This document shows, one piece after another, positions 37,354 to 46,120 of a stretch of DNA of 64,000 nucleotides. Numbering within the stretch: the first letter of the stretch is position 1; every line of letters begins with the position of its first letter. Source of the stretch: Acidobacteriota bacterium (GTDB lineage: Bacteria; Acidobacteriota; Polarisedimenticolia; SMYD01); contig JBHHYE010000001.1 of the NCBI GenBank assembly GCA_046757405.1, positions 69,900-133,899 of the forward strand. Direction: 5' to 3'. Below the pieces are notes generated by a model that was not told where the DNA came from, ran no database searches, and saw only the letters and a program-made list of their open reading frames with translations. The position numbers and the translations under genes are program-made.

Positions 37354-38723
37354 CGGACCCCGCACACGACCGGAACCCGGTCATCTGGATGCTCCTCCTC
37401 GCCCTCCTGGCATGTGTCCTCACGCTCCTGATAGGCCTGGTAGGAGCCGTGGTGTACACCCGGTACGAGCCCCTCCTGCGCTCCATGGGTGTGACGTTCC
37501 AGCAGCTTCGCCCCATTCACGAGACCTACGCCTTCGCCTGGGTTTTCCTTGGCGGAGTCACCGTCATCCATTTCTTCCTGCTGACGACCTTCGGACCGTT
37601 CGAGCCCGCAGCCCGGCGGCGGTTCCGCGCGCAATGCGTCCTGTGGGCTGCTGCGGGCGCGGGCACCTTCATCACCCTGTCGATAGGACAGTTCACCGGG
37701 AGGGAGTACCTGGGGTACCATCCGATCTTCTCGCTCATCATCCTGGCGGGCTGGCTGCTCTTCGCCCGCAACTACTTCGGGTTGGTCGGGTTCAGGCTGC
37801 GGGGACGGCCTGTCTACATTTACATGTGGAGTGTGGCCATTCCACTGTTCGTCGTCACCTACCTGGAAGGCCATCTCTACCTCCTGGAACAGGTGAGTGC
37901 CCAGCCCGTGCGGGACATTGCCCTCCAGTGGAAGTCCAACGGCGTGATGGTTGGTTCTTTCAATCTGCTGGCCTACGGTTCGTTGATGTACATCGCCGGC
38001 CTGATCCGGAAGGATGACGGCTACTCCTACTCGCGCACCGCCTTCGGCCTTTTCACCGTCGGGGTTCTGAACACGTTCACCAACTACGGCCACCACACCT
38101 ACCATCTTCCCCAGACCCCGTGGATCCACTGGATCGCCTTCGTGGTGAGCATGCTCGAGACGATCATCCTGGCCAAGGTGCTGTTCGACCTTTTGGGCCT
38201 CCGCCGCGCTCCCTCCATGCCGGACGATCTCAGGGTGCCGGAGCGGTTTGTCCGCGCCGCCATGCTGTGGACCTTCTTGATGCTCCTGCTCTCGCTGCTC
38301 ATCGCCATCCCTCCCCTCAACGCTTTCATTCACGGCACCCATGTGGTGGTGGCCCATTCGATGGGCAGCATGCTGGGAATCAACTCCATGATCCTCCTCG
38401 GGGCCTTCGCCTATGCCATGCGCAGCCTGAAGGGGGCCGAGCACCCGGTGGTGAAGGGTGCCAGGGTGAGGAGCGCCGTGCCCTGGGTCAATCTGTTCCT
38501 GGGCGTGTTCTGGCTCGCGTTCCTGGCCAGGGGCCTGGCGGCGGCCATGGTGCGTTACCTGGGACCCTCGGCGCCCGACTATTCCCTGGTGGTCCAGGCG
38601 TTTCCCCCGGTCGTGCTGATCTCGGGAGCGGGGCTGGTCCTGTCGCTCCTGTGGATCTTCAGCCAGTGGGTCCTGGCGCTGTGGCGGCCGGTGCCGCTGC
38701 AAGACAGCTCATCCGCTCCCTAG
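37332..38723 (+). CDS. Heme-copper oxidase superfamily catalytic subunit of the cNOR/cbb3 clade (NorB-like; candidate nitric-oxide reductase or oxidase)
   Basis: 12 predicted TM helices. FQQLRPIHETYAFAWVFLGG (compare RLRxLHTxAVIFAFGGN of NorB/CcoN), helix II His (VIHFFLL), helix VI His (YLEGHLY), helix VII HH (NYGHHTYHL), helix X HGTHVVVAHSMGS. Overlaps the cytochrome c gene; the start may be GTG 37350. Confidence 0.65.
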   Translation: MVRVRTVTDPAHDRNPVIWMLLLALLACVLTLLIGLVGAVVYTRYEPLLRSMGVTFQQLRPIHETYAFAWVFLGGVTVIHFFLLTTFGPFEPAARRRFRAQCVLWAAAGAGTFITLSIGQFTGREYLGYHPIFSLIILAGWLLFARNYFGLVGFRLRGRPVYIYMWSVAIPLFVVTYLEGHLYLLEQVSAQPVRDIALQWKSNGVMVGSFNLLAYGSLMYIAGLIRKDDGYSYSRTAFGLFTVGVLNTFTNYGHHTYHLPQTPWIHWIAFVVSMLETIILAKVLFDLLGLRRAPSMPDDLRVPERFVRAAMLWTFLMLLLSLLIAIPPLNAFIHGTHVVVAHSMGSMLGINSMILLGAFAYAMRSLKGAEHPVVKGARVRSAVPWVNLFLGVFWLAFLARGLAAAMVRYLGPSAPDYSLVVQAFPPVVLISGAGLVLSLLWIFSQWVLALWRPVPLQDSSSAP

Positions 38724-38790
38724 ATTCCGGCATCTGCGTCGCCCGTCCGTTGCGGAGTTTCGCGAGGGTGGCGGGGCCGCGTCACCGCGC

Positions 38791-39897
38791 TCAGCCCTGG
38801 GGCAGCGGCTGGGGCATGCGCGGCGGCGGCGGCATGCTCTCGAAGGCGCGCATGGAGACCTGGCCGGCCACGGCCCGCGCCACCTTGACGAGCTCGCGCG
38901 CCGCCGGCGCCTCCGGATCGTGGATCACGATGGGGCGGCCGGCGTCTCCTCCCGCCATCACCCGGGGGTCGATGGGGATCTCGCCCAGGAAGCGAACCTC
39001 GAACTCCCCGGCGACGCCCCGTCCCCCGCCGCGCCCGAACAGGTCCTCGGTTCCTCCGCAGTGGCGGCAGGTGTAGCCGCTCATGTTCTCGACGATGCCG
39101 AGGATGGGAACATTGACCTTGTTCAGGGCGAGCGCCGACTTCTTCATGTCCTCGAGGGAAACGGCCTGGGGAGTGGTCACCAGCACCGCACCCGTGACAG
39201 GAATGATCTGGGACAGGGTGAGCGGCACATCGCCGGTGCCCGGCGGCAGATCGATGACCAGGTAATCGAGCTCGCCCCAGGCCACGTCGCCCAGGAATTG
39301 CCGCATCGCGCCATGGAGCATCGGCCCCCGCCAGATGACCGGCTCGTCCGGGGCGAGGAAAAAACCGATGGAGATCAGCTTCACGTCCCGGGGCCCCAGC
39401 AGCGGCTTGATCTTCTTCCCCTCGCCCTGCGGGCGGCCCCGGACTCCCATCATGGTCGGCTGGTTCGGGCCGTAGATATCAGCATCCAGAAGCCCCACTC
39501 CGGCGCCGTCGCCAGCCAGCGAGAGGGCCAGGTTCGCCGCCACGGTGGATTTGCCCACTCCTCCCTTTCCGGACCCCACCAGGACCGTGTTCCTCACGCC
39601 GGGGATCAAGTCGCTCTCCCCGGCGACCGAGCGCCGCACCCGGGCGCCCCACTGAATCTGGAGATCGTGGATGCCGTCCACCGCCAGCACCGCCGCCTGG
39701 CAGTCGGATTCGATGCGCTCCTTGAGGGGGCACGCAGGGGTGGTGAGGTGAATGGTGACCCGGGCCACTCCTGCCTCGATCCTGAGATTCTCGACCATGC
39801 CCAGGGCCGCCAGGCTCTGGTGCAGCTCCGGATCCTGGACCGTTCCCAGGGCCTGCATTACCTGCTGCTCGAGTGTCTCGCTGTCGGCGTCCGGCAT
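38791..39897 (-). CDS. apbC: Fe-S cluster carrier ATPase Mrp/ApbC (NBP35 family) with N-terminal DUF59/MIP18-like domain
   Basis: Deviant Walker A GSGKGGVGKST, CXXC (SGYTCRHCGG), and N-terminal DUF59 (ALGTVQDPELHQSL). Confidence 0.85.
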   Translation of the reverse strand: MPDADSETLEQQVMQALGTVQDPELHQSLAALGMVENLRIEAGVARVTIHLTTPACPLKERIESDCQAAVLAVDGIHDLQIQWGARVRRSVAGESDLIPGVRNTVLVGSGKGGVGKSTVAANLALSLAGDGAGVGLLDADIYGPNQPTMMGVRGRPQGEGKKIKPLLGPRDVKLISIGFFLAPDEPVIWRGPMLHGAMRQFLGDVAWGELDYLVIDLPPGTGDVPLTLSQIIPVTGAVLVTTPQAVSLEDMKKSALALNKVNVPILGIVENMSGYTCRHCGGTEDLFGRGGGRGVAGEFEVRFLGEIPIDPRVMAGGDAGRPIVIHDPEAPAARELVKVARAVAGQVSMRAFESMPPPPRMPQPLPQG

Positions 39898-39937
39898 GAT
39901 GGGCCGGATCTTACCATGCCATGTCGATCCGATGGCC

Positions 39938-40698
39938 TCAGGCCGCCGTCAGCCCGCCGTCCACCGGGTAGACCGCCCCGGTGATGAAGGCGGCCTCGTC
40001 CGAGGCCAGGAAGGCCACCAGAGCGGCGACCTCCTCCGGCGTGCCCACCCGGCCCAGCGGGTGAAGCGGACCGTAGCGGGCGTCGAGTTCTGCCCGGTCC
40101 GCATGCTCGAGGTTGTGCCGGCGGGGCAAGTCGGTGTCGATCACGGCGGGACAGACGGCATTCACCCGGATCTTGTCAGCTGCGTGGTCCAGCGCCATGG
40201 CCCGGGTGAGCTGCACCAGGCCACCCTTGGAGGCGCAGTAAGCCACGCACTTCTCAAGCCCCACGAGCCCCAAGGTGGAGGCATTGTTGATGATGGAGCC
40301 GCCTCCCCGCTGGCGCAGCGCCGGAATGACGGCGCGGCTCACCAGGAACGGCCCCGTCAGATTCACCGCCAGGGTGTCTGTCCATCTCTCCAGCGTGGTG
40401 GCCAGAGCATCGCCGTCTCCGGCAATGCCTGCATTATTGAAAAGGATATCCAGCCCGCCCAGCTTCTCGACTGCACAGGCCACGGCAGACAGGATCTCCT
40501 CCGGCCGGGAGATGTCCGCCACCAGGGCCAGGGCCGTTCCGCCGGCCGCCGACACCGTTTCCACCGTTTCTTCCAGCAGCTCGCGGCGCCGCCCCAGGAG
40601 CGCGACGCTGGCGCCGTCGGCAGCCAGGCGCACGGCCGCCGCCCGGCCGATACCGGAGCCGCCTCCGGTGACCAGGGCCGCCTTGCCGCCTAATATCA
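39938..40698 (-). CDS. SDR-family short-chain dehydrogenase/reductase
   Basis: GTG start (VILGGKAALVTGGGSGIGRA), TGGxSGIG Rossmann motif, NNAG, and catalytic YCASK (YxxxK). Confidence 0.75.
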
Positions 40699-40748
40699 CG
40701 CAGGCCTCACCATACAACCTCGCACGGAGAGGGTAGCAGGCGTCTTCC

Positions 40749-41165
40749 TCAGCCGGGAATGGTGAACTGGTGGGAACTCTGCACGCCGCGCGGAAGCTTG
40801 TCCGCTGCCAGTCCGGAGGCCAGGAACTCCAGCCACGAGCCGAGCCGGGCGGCGTGCAACCGGTCCCGCGCCACCGCCAGGCCGCCGTAGCTATAGCGCG
40901 ACCCTCCTGGGACGGAGCTGGTCTTGAAAAAGAAGACACCCATCTTGCCTTCCGGGTAGGCGACGATCTTCACGCGGCTCCGGTTGGCACGCCCGCGGAC
41001 CTGATTTTCGCAGGCCATCTCGAATCCCGACTCCCCGGGGATGATCCGGAAGGGAGCCGGGCTCTCCCGGGCCAGGCGCCAGAGTTCCGCGAAGGCCGGG
41101 ACCCGGTCGCCCCAGATCCGCTGGACCGAGCGGACCGCCTCGTCCGCATCGTTCACCAGGGTCAC
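40749..41165 (-). CDS. Hypothetical protein
   Basis: 138-aa ORF in an operon-like minus-strand array. Codon usage is consistent with neighbours; no family recognised. Confidence 0.35.
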   Translation of the reverse strand: MTLVNDADEAVRSVQRIWGDRVPAFAELWRLARESPAPFRIIPGESGFEMACENQVRGRANRSRVKIVAYPEGKMGVFFFKTSSVPGGSRYSYGGLAVARDRLHAARLGSWLEFLASGLAADKLPRGVQSSHQFTIPG

Positions 41166-41172
41166 GCGGAGC

Positions 41173-41544
41173 CTACTCCCGCCGACGGCCGGCCTCTTCC
41201 GGTCTCCGGTCGTTGATGCCGCGGTAGACCTGGACCCGGTCGGGTGGCGGAAGAGTGACGCCCCGGGGGGCGGCTTCGACGCACATTCCCTCTACCGGCT
41301 GGGTCTGGCAGGCCAGGTACGCTCCCGGGCCGTCCGGCGCCCCCTCGAGAATGTTCACCACACAGGTCCGGCAGTCGGCGTTCCAGCAGAACTGGCCATA
41401 CTGCAGGCAATTCATGTCCAGGAACTGGAAGCAGCGCAACAGCGGATTGTTCTCGGGCACCCGGTACGTCTGGCCGCCGATCCGGATGGCCACCAACCTG
41501 TGGAAGGCCTCGTAGAGCCGCGGGTCGATGCAAACGGTGCTCAT
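41173..41544 (-). CDS. Small (2Fe-2S)-binding ferredoxin-like protein (Fer2_4-type, HcnA/opine-oxidase small-subunit-like)
   Basis: RIGGQTYRVPENNPLLRCFQFLDMNCLQYGQFCWNADCRTCVV...YLACQTQPVEGMCV: the cysteine spacing resembles the N-terminal 2Fe-2S domain of SoxA/HcnA-type proteins. Confidence 0.45.
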   Translation of the reverse strand: MSTVCIDPRLYEAFHRLVAIRIGGQTYRVPENNPLLRCFQFLDMNCLQYGQFCWNADCRTCVVNILEGAPDGPGAYLACQTQPVEGMCVEAAPRGVTLPPPDRVQVYRGINDRRPEEAGRRRE

Positions 41545-41605
41545 GCACCATCAACGTGGAGCCCCCGGCGCCTCCCGGCAAGCACGGCCCGGCTGGGAGG
41601 CCACC

Positions 41606-42019
41606 CTAGTGGACATCCCTGGCGCGGACACCACCGAAAGCCGCGTCGTCGGTGATGGCGCTGCGGCCGGCGTAGCCGGCGTGGAGATCATGCCAGTAGC
41701 CGACGCGCTCCTCCCCGACCTTCCAGCAGAGGAGCACCTCGCGGCCCTCCAGCAGCGATGGAAAATCGACCAGGCCGCTGGAGAGGTCTTTCATCTCTCC
41801 GCCCAGGCTCCCGATGATGTCGATTCCCCTGATCAAGCTCTCGAGGCCGGCCATGTAATCTCCATCGACCGGCGTGTCGGCCTGGGGGCGGCCGCCGCTG
41901 TAGAGTCCCGCGGACAGGGCCCGCAGGCGCACCGAACCGCGCCGAACCATCTCGGCCGCCCTCTTGACCTGGGGCAAGAGGGCGTTGACCTCGGCCACCG
42001 TGAAGAAATGTTCGCTCAC
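41606..42019 (-). CDS. DUF2203-family protein
   Basis: C-terminal REVLLCWKVGEERVGYWHDLHAGYAGR resembles DUF2203 (COG4911). A GTG at 42019 gives a GTGA overlap with the upstream gene; the ORF track extends to 42424, but that part is antisense junk. Confidence 0.45.
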   Translation of the reverse strand: MSEHFFTVAEVNALLPQVKRAAEMVRRGSVRLRALSAGLYSGGRPQADTPVDGDYMAGLESLIRGIDIIGSLGGEMKDLSSGLVDFPSLLEGREVLLCWKVGEERVGYWHDLHAGYAGRSAITDDAAFGGVRARDVH

Positions 42020-42558
42020 CCGGCCCGCTCCGGGGCCGGCGGCAGGGCGGCTTCCAGCCGATCCAGCAGCCGCAGGTTCCGGGAAATACACGACACCTCG
42101 AGCACCACGGCGCGGGCGCCGGCCGCCAGCATGGCCAGGGCCAGAACCCCGTGGACCCATCCCGGGAGCCATCCCGTGTCCACGGCCCCGCCCAGAATGG
42201 GCACCGCGACGATGAGCATGAGCGTCCAGGTCGCCCAGGGAAAGACCTGCCGCTTGTAGGAGCGGGTCTCGGCGACCCAGTCCGGCCCCAGGGAAGCGCT
42301 GGCCGCCTCCTCGCGCACCACCTTGCCCGTCCCGATGAAATAGAACATGGTCATGGCATGGGCGAGGGTGCCCAGGAGGAAAGCGGGAATGGCCAGCCGG
42401 ATATGATGCGCCGGCTCCAGCCATCCCAGATCACCCGCGTATCCCAGGGACGTGACGGCCGCCAGACCGGCCCAGGAAAGGATCAAGAGAGTGACAAGGG
42501 CCGCGGCCACCTTGGTCAGGTCCTCCCGGATCCGGGCCCCCGGTAGGTGCAGGAGCAC
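42016..42558 (-). CDS. Hypothetical integral membrane protein (4-5 TM)
   Basis: Hydrophobic segments. Alternative GTG start at 42510 lies just after the queD stop. Confidence 0.4.
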   Translation of the reverse strand: MLLHLPGARIREDLTKVAAALVTLLILSWAGLAAVTSLGYAGDLGWLEPAHHIRLAIPAFLLGTLAHAMTMFYFIGTGKVVREEAASASLGPDWVAETRSYKRQVFPWATWTLMLIVAVPILGGAVDTGWLPGWVHGVLALAMLAAGARAVVLEVSCISRNLRLLDRLEAALPPAPERAG

Positions 42559-42881
42559 TCCTCGGTCTCATGCAGCTCGATCTCCACCAGACGGCCGGGG
42601 ACGGCCGGTGCCAGCTGCTCCCACATCCACTGGCAGATCGCCTCCGCCGTGGGATTGTCCAGCAGATCGTTCAAGTTCCTGTGGTCCAGCCGGCCCAGCA
42701 CCTGCTCCCGCACCGCACCGTCCAGCTCGGCAAAATCGCATCCCATTCCGGTGGCCGGATCGATATCGGTCTCCACCGAAACGCGAAGCCCGTAGGAATG
42801 GCCGTGCAGCCGGGAGCACACTCCCTGATGGTGTGGCAGCAGGTGAGCGGCCTCGAACCGGAAGCGTTTATTGAGGATCAC
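42516..42881 (-). CDS. queD: 6-carboxy-5,6,7,8-tetrahydropterin synthase (PTPS family)
   Basis: FRFEAAHLLPHH...CSRLHGHSY...DHRNLND, the zinc-binding His and catalytic Cys motifs of QueD. Confidence 0.8.
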   Translation of the reverse strand: MILNKRFRFEAAHLLPHHQGVCSRLHGHSYGLRVSVETDIDPATGMGCDFAELDGAVREQVLGRLDHRNLNDLLDNPTAEAICQWMWEQLAPAVPGRLVEIELHETEECSCTYRGPGSGRT

Positions 42882-42906
42882 GCGCGGGTCCTGTCAGAGA
42901 TGATGG

Positions 42907-43407
42907 TTACTTGTGAGCCCATTTCCGGATCGGATCTTGCCGAACTCCCCCGAGCTGGAGGAGCTTTTCCTTGTTGTAGATGAGTTCCTCGCGGGAGTGA
43001 CCTGCCAGCTCGAAATGGTTCGAGAGGTAGATCGCGTTCTCGGGGCACACCTCCTCGCACAGGCCGCACATGATGCAGCGGAGCATGTTGATCTCGAACG
43101 TCTCAGGGTACTTCTCCACGTTGTTGCCGGCCGGCAGCTCGCCGGCCGTGATCGTGATGGCCAGGGGAGGGCAGATGAACTCGCACAGGAAGCAGGCCAC
43201 ACACTTAGCGCGTTGATCCTGGTCCTTCACCAGGACCGGTATCCCCCGGTAGGCCGGCGGGAGAGGCCACTTCTGCTCAGGGTACTGCATGGTGACCTTC
43301 TTCCGGAAGATATGCTTGAGGGTGATCCATAACCCCTGGATGATCTGCGAGAAGTACAGCTTCTCCAGAACATCCAGCCGAGCCGCCGTGTCGATTCTCA
43401 TGGCCAT
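42907..43407 (-). CDS. NuoI-like 2x[4Fe-4S] ferredoxin (standalone; no other nuo genes adjacent)
   Basis: CVACFLCEFICP and CIMCGLCEEVCP. N-terminus resembles NuoI (MAMRIDTAARLDVLEKLYFSQIIQGLWITLKHIF). Confidence 0.7.
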   Translation of the reverse strand: MAMRIDTAARLDVLEKLYFSQIIQGLWITLKHIFRKKVTMQYPEQKWPLPPAYRGIPVLVKDQDQRAKCVACFLCEFICPPLAITITAGELPAGNNVEKYPETFEINMLRCIMCGLCEEVCPENAIYLSNHFELAGHSREELIYNKEKLLQLGGVRQDPIRKWAHK

Positions 43408-43462
43408 AGAGCGGTCATCGTATCGACAGCCCCGGCGAAGTGTCAAGAAAGCGGAGGGCGCG

Positions 43463-43942
43463 TCAGGAACCGGTTTGAGGCGGCACGAAGCCGCCGCCCA
43501 TGCGCCCTTCGATGGCGTCCGCGAGCTCCAGATCGAACGGTCCGATCCCGGGGTTGTCCGCCATCTGGCGGTAGTGCGCCTTGCACCGGTAGCAGATCAC
43601 CACATCCGGAACCATCCGATTGAGAACCGCATCCAGGGCCGCGGTCAGCAGCAGGACACCCCAGAGCCAGACCGCGCTGTAGAGGCCTGCCAGGACCAGA
43701 CCGATCCCCGAGCCGGTGATCACGATCAGGCATCCCAGCCGCTGGTTGAAATCTTTTTGCCGGTAGAGGTGCTGCTCGGCGCAGAGCAAGCAGCGGTCGA
43801 TCGTGTGCTTTTCGAAGAAAAGATCGCCGAGCTGGATCAGGATCTCTCCGCCGCATTCCGGGCAACGGACCGGCCGGCCGGCCCCGGCCACCTGGAGCTC
43901 CACCACCTTCCGGCAAAGGGGACAGGGGCCGGTCACTTCCAT
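43463..43942 (-). CDS. Hypothetical membrane protein with two zinc-ribbon-like CxxC...CxxC motifs flanking two TM helices
   Basis: MEVTGPCPLCRKVV...RCPECGG; CLLCAEQ...CYRCKAHY; central hydrophobic helices. Confidence 0.4.
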   Translation of the reverse strand: MEVTGPCPLCRKVVELQVAGAGRPVRCPECGGEILIQLGDLFFEKHTIDRCLLCAEQHLYRQKDFNQRLGCLIVITGSGIGLVLAGLYSAVWLWGVLLLTAALDAVLNRMVPDVVICYRCKAHYRQMADNPGIGPFDLELADAIEGRMGGGFVPPQTGS

Positions 43943-43977
43943 GGGACGGACCTCCGGCTCGCCTGGGCCGCCGCCGG

Positions 43978-44814
43978 TCACAGCGGCAGACCCAAAGAGA
44001 CCAGCAGGTGTCCCGCGGCGAATTCGCCGATGAGGACAAAGACCACGGCCGCGTACAGGATTCCGGTCGCCGAGCGGGTGGAGCGCATGGCCACCGTCTG
44101 CAGGGCCATGATCGCCAGAAGCAGCGCGCCCACCAGGCCGAACAGGACGCGCATCAAGAGCGGCACCAGACCCACCAGGAGCCCCAGGACGGGATCCATC
44201 CCGCCGCTCCGGGGCAGGACGGCGCCCGGCCCCACCAACGAGAGAACCACGCCGTCCAGGAGCAGGTGAAGCAGCACCGCCGCCGCGAACAGACGGGTGA
44301 GCCGGCGCAAGGGGTCGAGACTCAGGCCGGGCACCACCAGGTAGAAATGCCCCAGGAGCATGGCTGAGAGCCCGGCTCCCAGCACCGCGGCGCTGACCAG
44401 TCCCTGGAGAGCGCCCAGCATCACCAGGATCCCCCGGGCCGTGGCCCCCAGGATCAGCACCGGCGCGATTCCGAGCCCGATCCCGGAACATCCCGCTGCC
44501 AGCCCCATGAGCCCACGTCCCGGCAGCCGCTCCCGTCCGAGCCTGCGAAGATAGAGGAGAGCCAGCCCCAGGGCGGCTCCCTGGCAGGCGACCGCCAGCA
44601 TACCGGCACCGCCGGCGAGACCGGGCCGTGGCCGCGGCCCGAGACGGAACCAGGCGTCGTAGGCCAGCGCCGGAACCCATGCTCCCACCGCCACCAGGGC
44701 CAGGGTGCGGGCGAATCCCCTGCTGGTCTGCCGCGCCGGCACCAGCGCCAGGGAGGCAACCAACCCGCCGGCGATGGCGGTCAGGAGAAGATAGAGAGGG
44801 GTCGTGGCCGGCAT
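43978..44814 (-). CDS. Hypothetical polytopic membrane protein (~8 TM)
   Basis: Continuous hydrophobic helices. No recognisable family. Confidence 0.4.
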   Translation of the reverse strand: MPATTPLYLLLTAIAGGLVASLALVPARQTSRGFARTLALVAVGAWVPALAYDAWFRLGPRPRPGLAGGAGMLAVACQGAALGLALLYLRRLGRERLPGRGLMGLAAGCSGIGLGIAPVLILGATARGILVMLGALQGLVSAAVLGAGLSAMLLGHFYLVVPGLSLDPLRRLTRLFAAAVLLHLLLDGVVLSLVGPGAVLPRSGGMDPVLGLLVGLVPLLMRVLFGLVGALLLAIMALQTVAMRSTRSATGILYAAVVFVLIGEFAAGHLLVSLGLPL

Positions 44815-44826
44815 GGCGCGGCGTCC

Positions 44827-45837
44827 TCACCCACCGCCGGCCAGAAGCCGACGAACCAGGCCGTGGTACGTGTCCACCGCCGCCAGGATATCCGCCTTGG
44901 CGATCTTCTCCCCCTCCCCGTGGGCATCCAGGATGGAGCCGGGACCGAAGAGGAAAGGACGGCCGAGACGCCCCAGGAAGGGAATGTCGGTATTGAAGGC
45001 GACCACGATGCCCTCCTCCCCCTCCGGGACCAGGAGGGCCTGGGGCTCGTTGACGTGCTCGATCTCCAGCGTGGCCCGCTCTCCCACCGCGCGGCGCAGG
45101 CGCTCTTCGGTGGCGGCGACCGAATCGACCACGCGCACCATGATCTCGGCCCGGGCTTCGGCGGGAATCACGTTGGGGCGCACCCCCGACTGGAGGGTGC
45201 CGACGTTGAGGGTCCCCTCGCCCAGGGAGGCGTCCCTTCCCCAGGGGGCGGCCATCAGATCGCTGAGAACCGGCAGCATCTTCACCAGGGCGCTCTCGCC
45301 GCGCTCGGGATAGGCGGAGTGGGCCGCCCGGCCGCGGGTGGTCACGGCCGCCTTCAAGGCGCCTTTCTGCCCGCGGGCGAAACGGGACCCGGTGGGCTCG
45401 CCCACGATGATGGAGCGAGACGGCCACTCCAGCCTCTCGTTGGCAGTGCGGGCACCGATGGAATCGGTCTCCTCTCCCACCACCAGCAGGACGCCGAACC
45501 CTCCGGCCTGCTCCGCCAGGAGCCGCTGGGCCGCCCCCAGCATGGCAGCCAGCGCGCCGCGAGTATCGCAGGCACCGCGCCCGTAAAGGTGAGTCGCGTC
45601 TTCCCGCAGCGGCACATGCGGGGGGACCACGTCCATGTGGGTGCAGAGAACCACCTCCGGCTCCGCTCCGCTGCGCGCCGCGAGATTGAAACGGTCCGCC
45701 GCCACGGGCTGCACCGTCACCGCCAGGCCCAGCTCTTCCAGGACCGGCAGCAGGAAATGGCCGACCTCTCCCTCCGCACCGGACGGCGAGGGAATCTCGA
45801 TCAGCTTGCGGGTCAGTTCAAGGGGATCCAGGGACAC
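44827..45837 (-). CDS. M20-family metallopeptidase (ArgE/DapE/acetylornithine deacetylase-like)
   Basis: HMDVVP metal-binding motif, GRGACDTRGA, VVGEETDS. Confidence 0.8.
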   Translation of the reverse strand: MSLDPLELTRKLIEIPSPSGAEGEVGHFLLPVLEELGLAVTVQPVAADRFNLAARSGAEPEVVLCTHMDVVPPHVPLREDATHLYGRGACDTRGALAAMLGAAQRLLAEQAGGFGVLLVVGEETDSIGARTANERLEWPSRSIIVGEPTGSRFARGQKGALKAAVTTRGRAAHSAYPERGESALVKMLPVLSDLMAAPWGRDASLGEGTLNVGTLQSGVRPNVIPAEARAEIMVRVVDSVAATEERLRRAVGERATLEIEHVNEPQALLVPEGEEGIVVAFNTDIPFLGRLGRPFLFGPGSILDAHGEGEKIAKADILAAVDTYHGLVRRLLAGGG

Positions 45838-45964
45838 GGCGGCACCCGGCGGGCGATGCTACCGGCGCCCAGGGGGAGCGTCAAGCGCCCGCACCCCGGC
45901 CGTCGCGGCGCTTCACGGCGAAGGCCACTCGCCTTCACGGCGAGCGGTGCGCTAGGCTGAGCGC

Positions 45965-46062
45965 GGAAGCGAATCGGGGCTGGTGTCTCGCCCGGACTTC
46001 AAATCCGGTGGTGGCCGGCGAGAGCCGGGCACGGTGGGTTCGATTCCCACACGCTTCCGCCA
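45965..46062 (+). tRNA. selC: tRNA-Sec (selenocysteine tRNA, anticodon UCA)
   Basis: GGAAGCGAATCGGGGCTGGTGTCTCGCCCGGACTTCAAATCCGGTGGTGGCCGGCGAGAGCCGGGCACGGTGGGTTCGATTCCCACACGCTTCCGCCA. Anticodon arm CCGGA-CUUCAAA-UCCGG matches E. coli selC (CUGGACUUCAAAUCCAG). Long variable arm, 5-bp T-stem, extended acceptor, discriminator G plus CCA. One A·A mismatch at the acceptor base. Confidence 0.75.
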
Positions 46063-46120
46063 CGCGGCCTTTCAAGCATCAACGAGCCACAGCAAGAGAT
46101 CCCCACCGCACGATTCGCGG

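Noticed and set aside
41606-42424. 272-aa version of the DUF2203 ORF
   Set aside because: The N-terminal 135 aa are Gly/Arg/Pro-rich junk overlapping a well-formed membrane protein gene in another frame. A GTG at 42019 gives a compact DUF2203 protein with a GTGA overlap.
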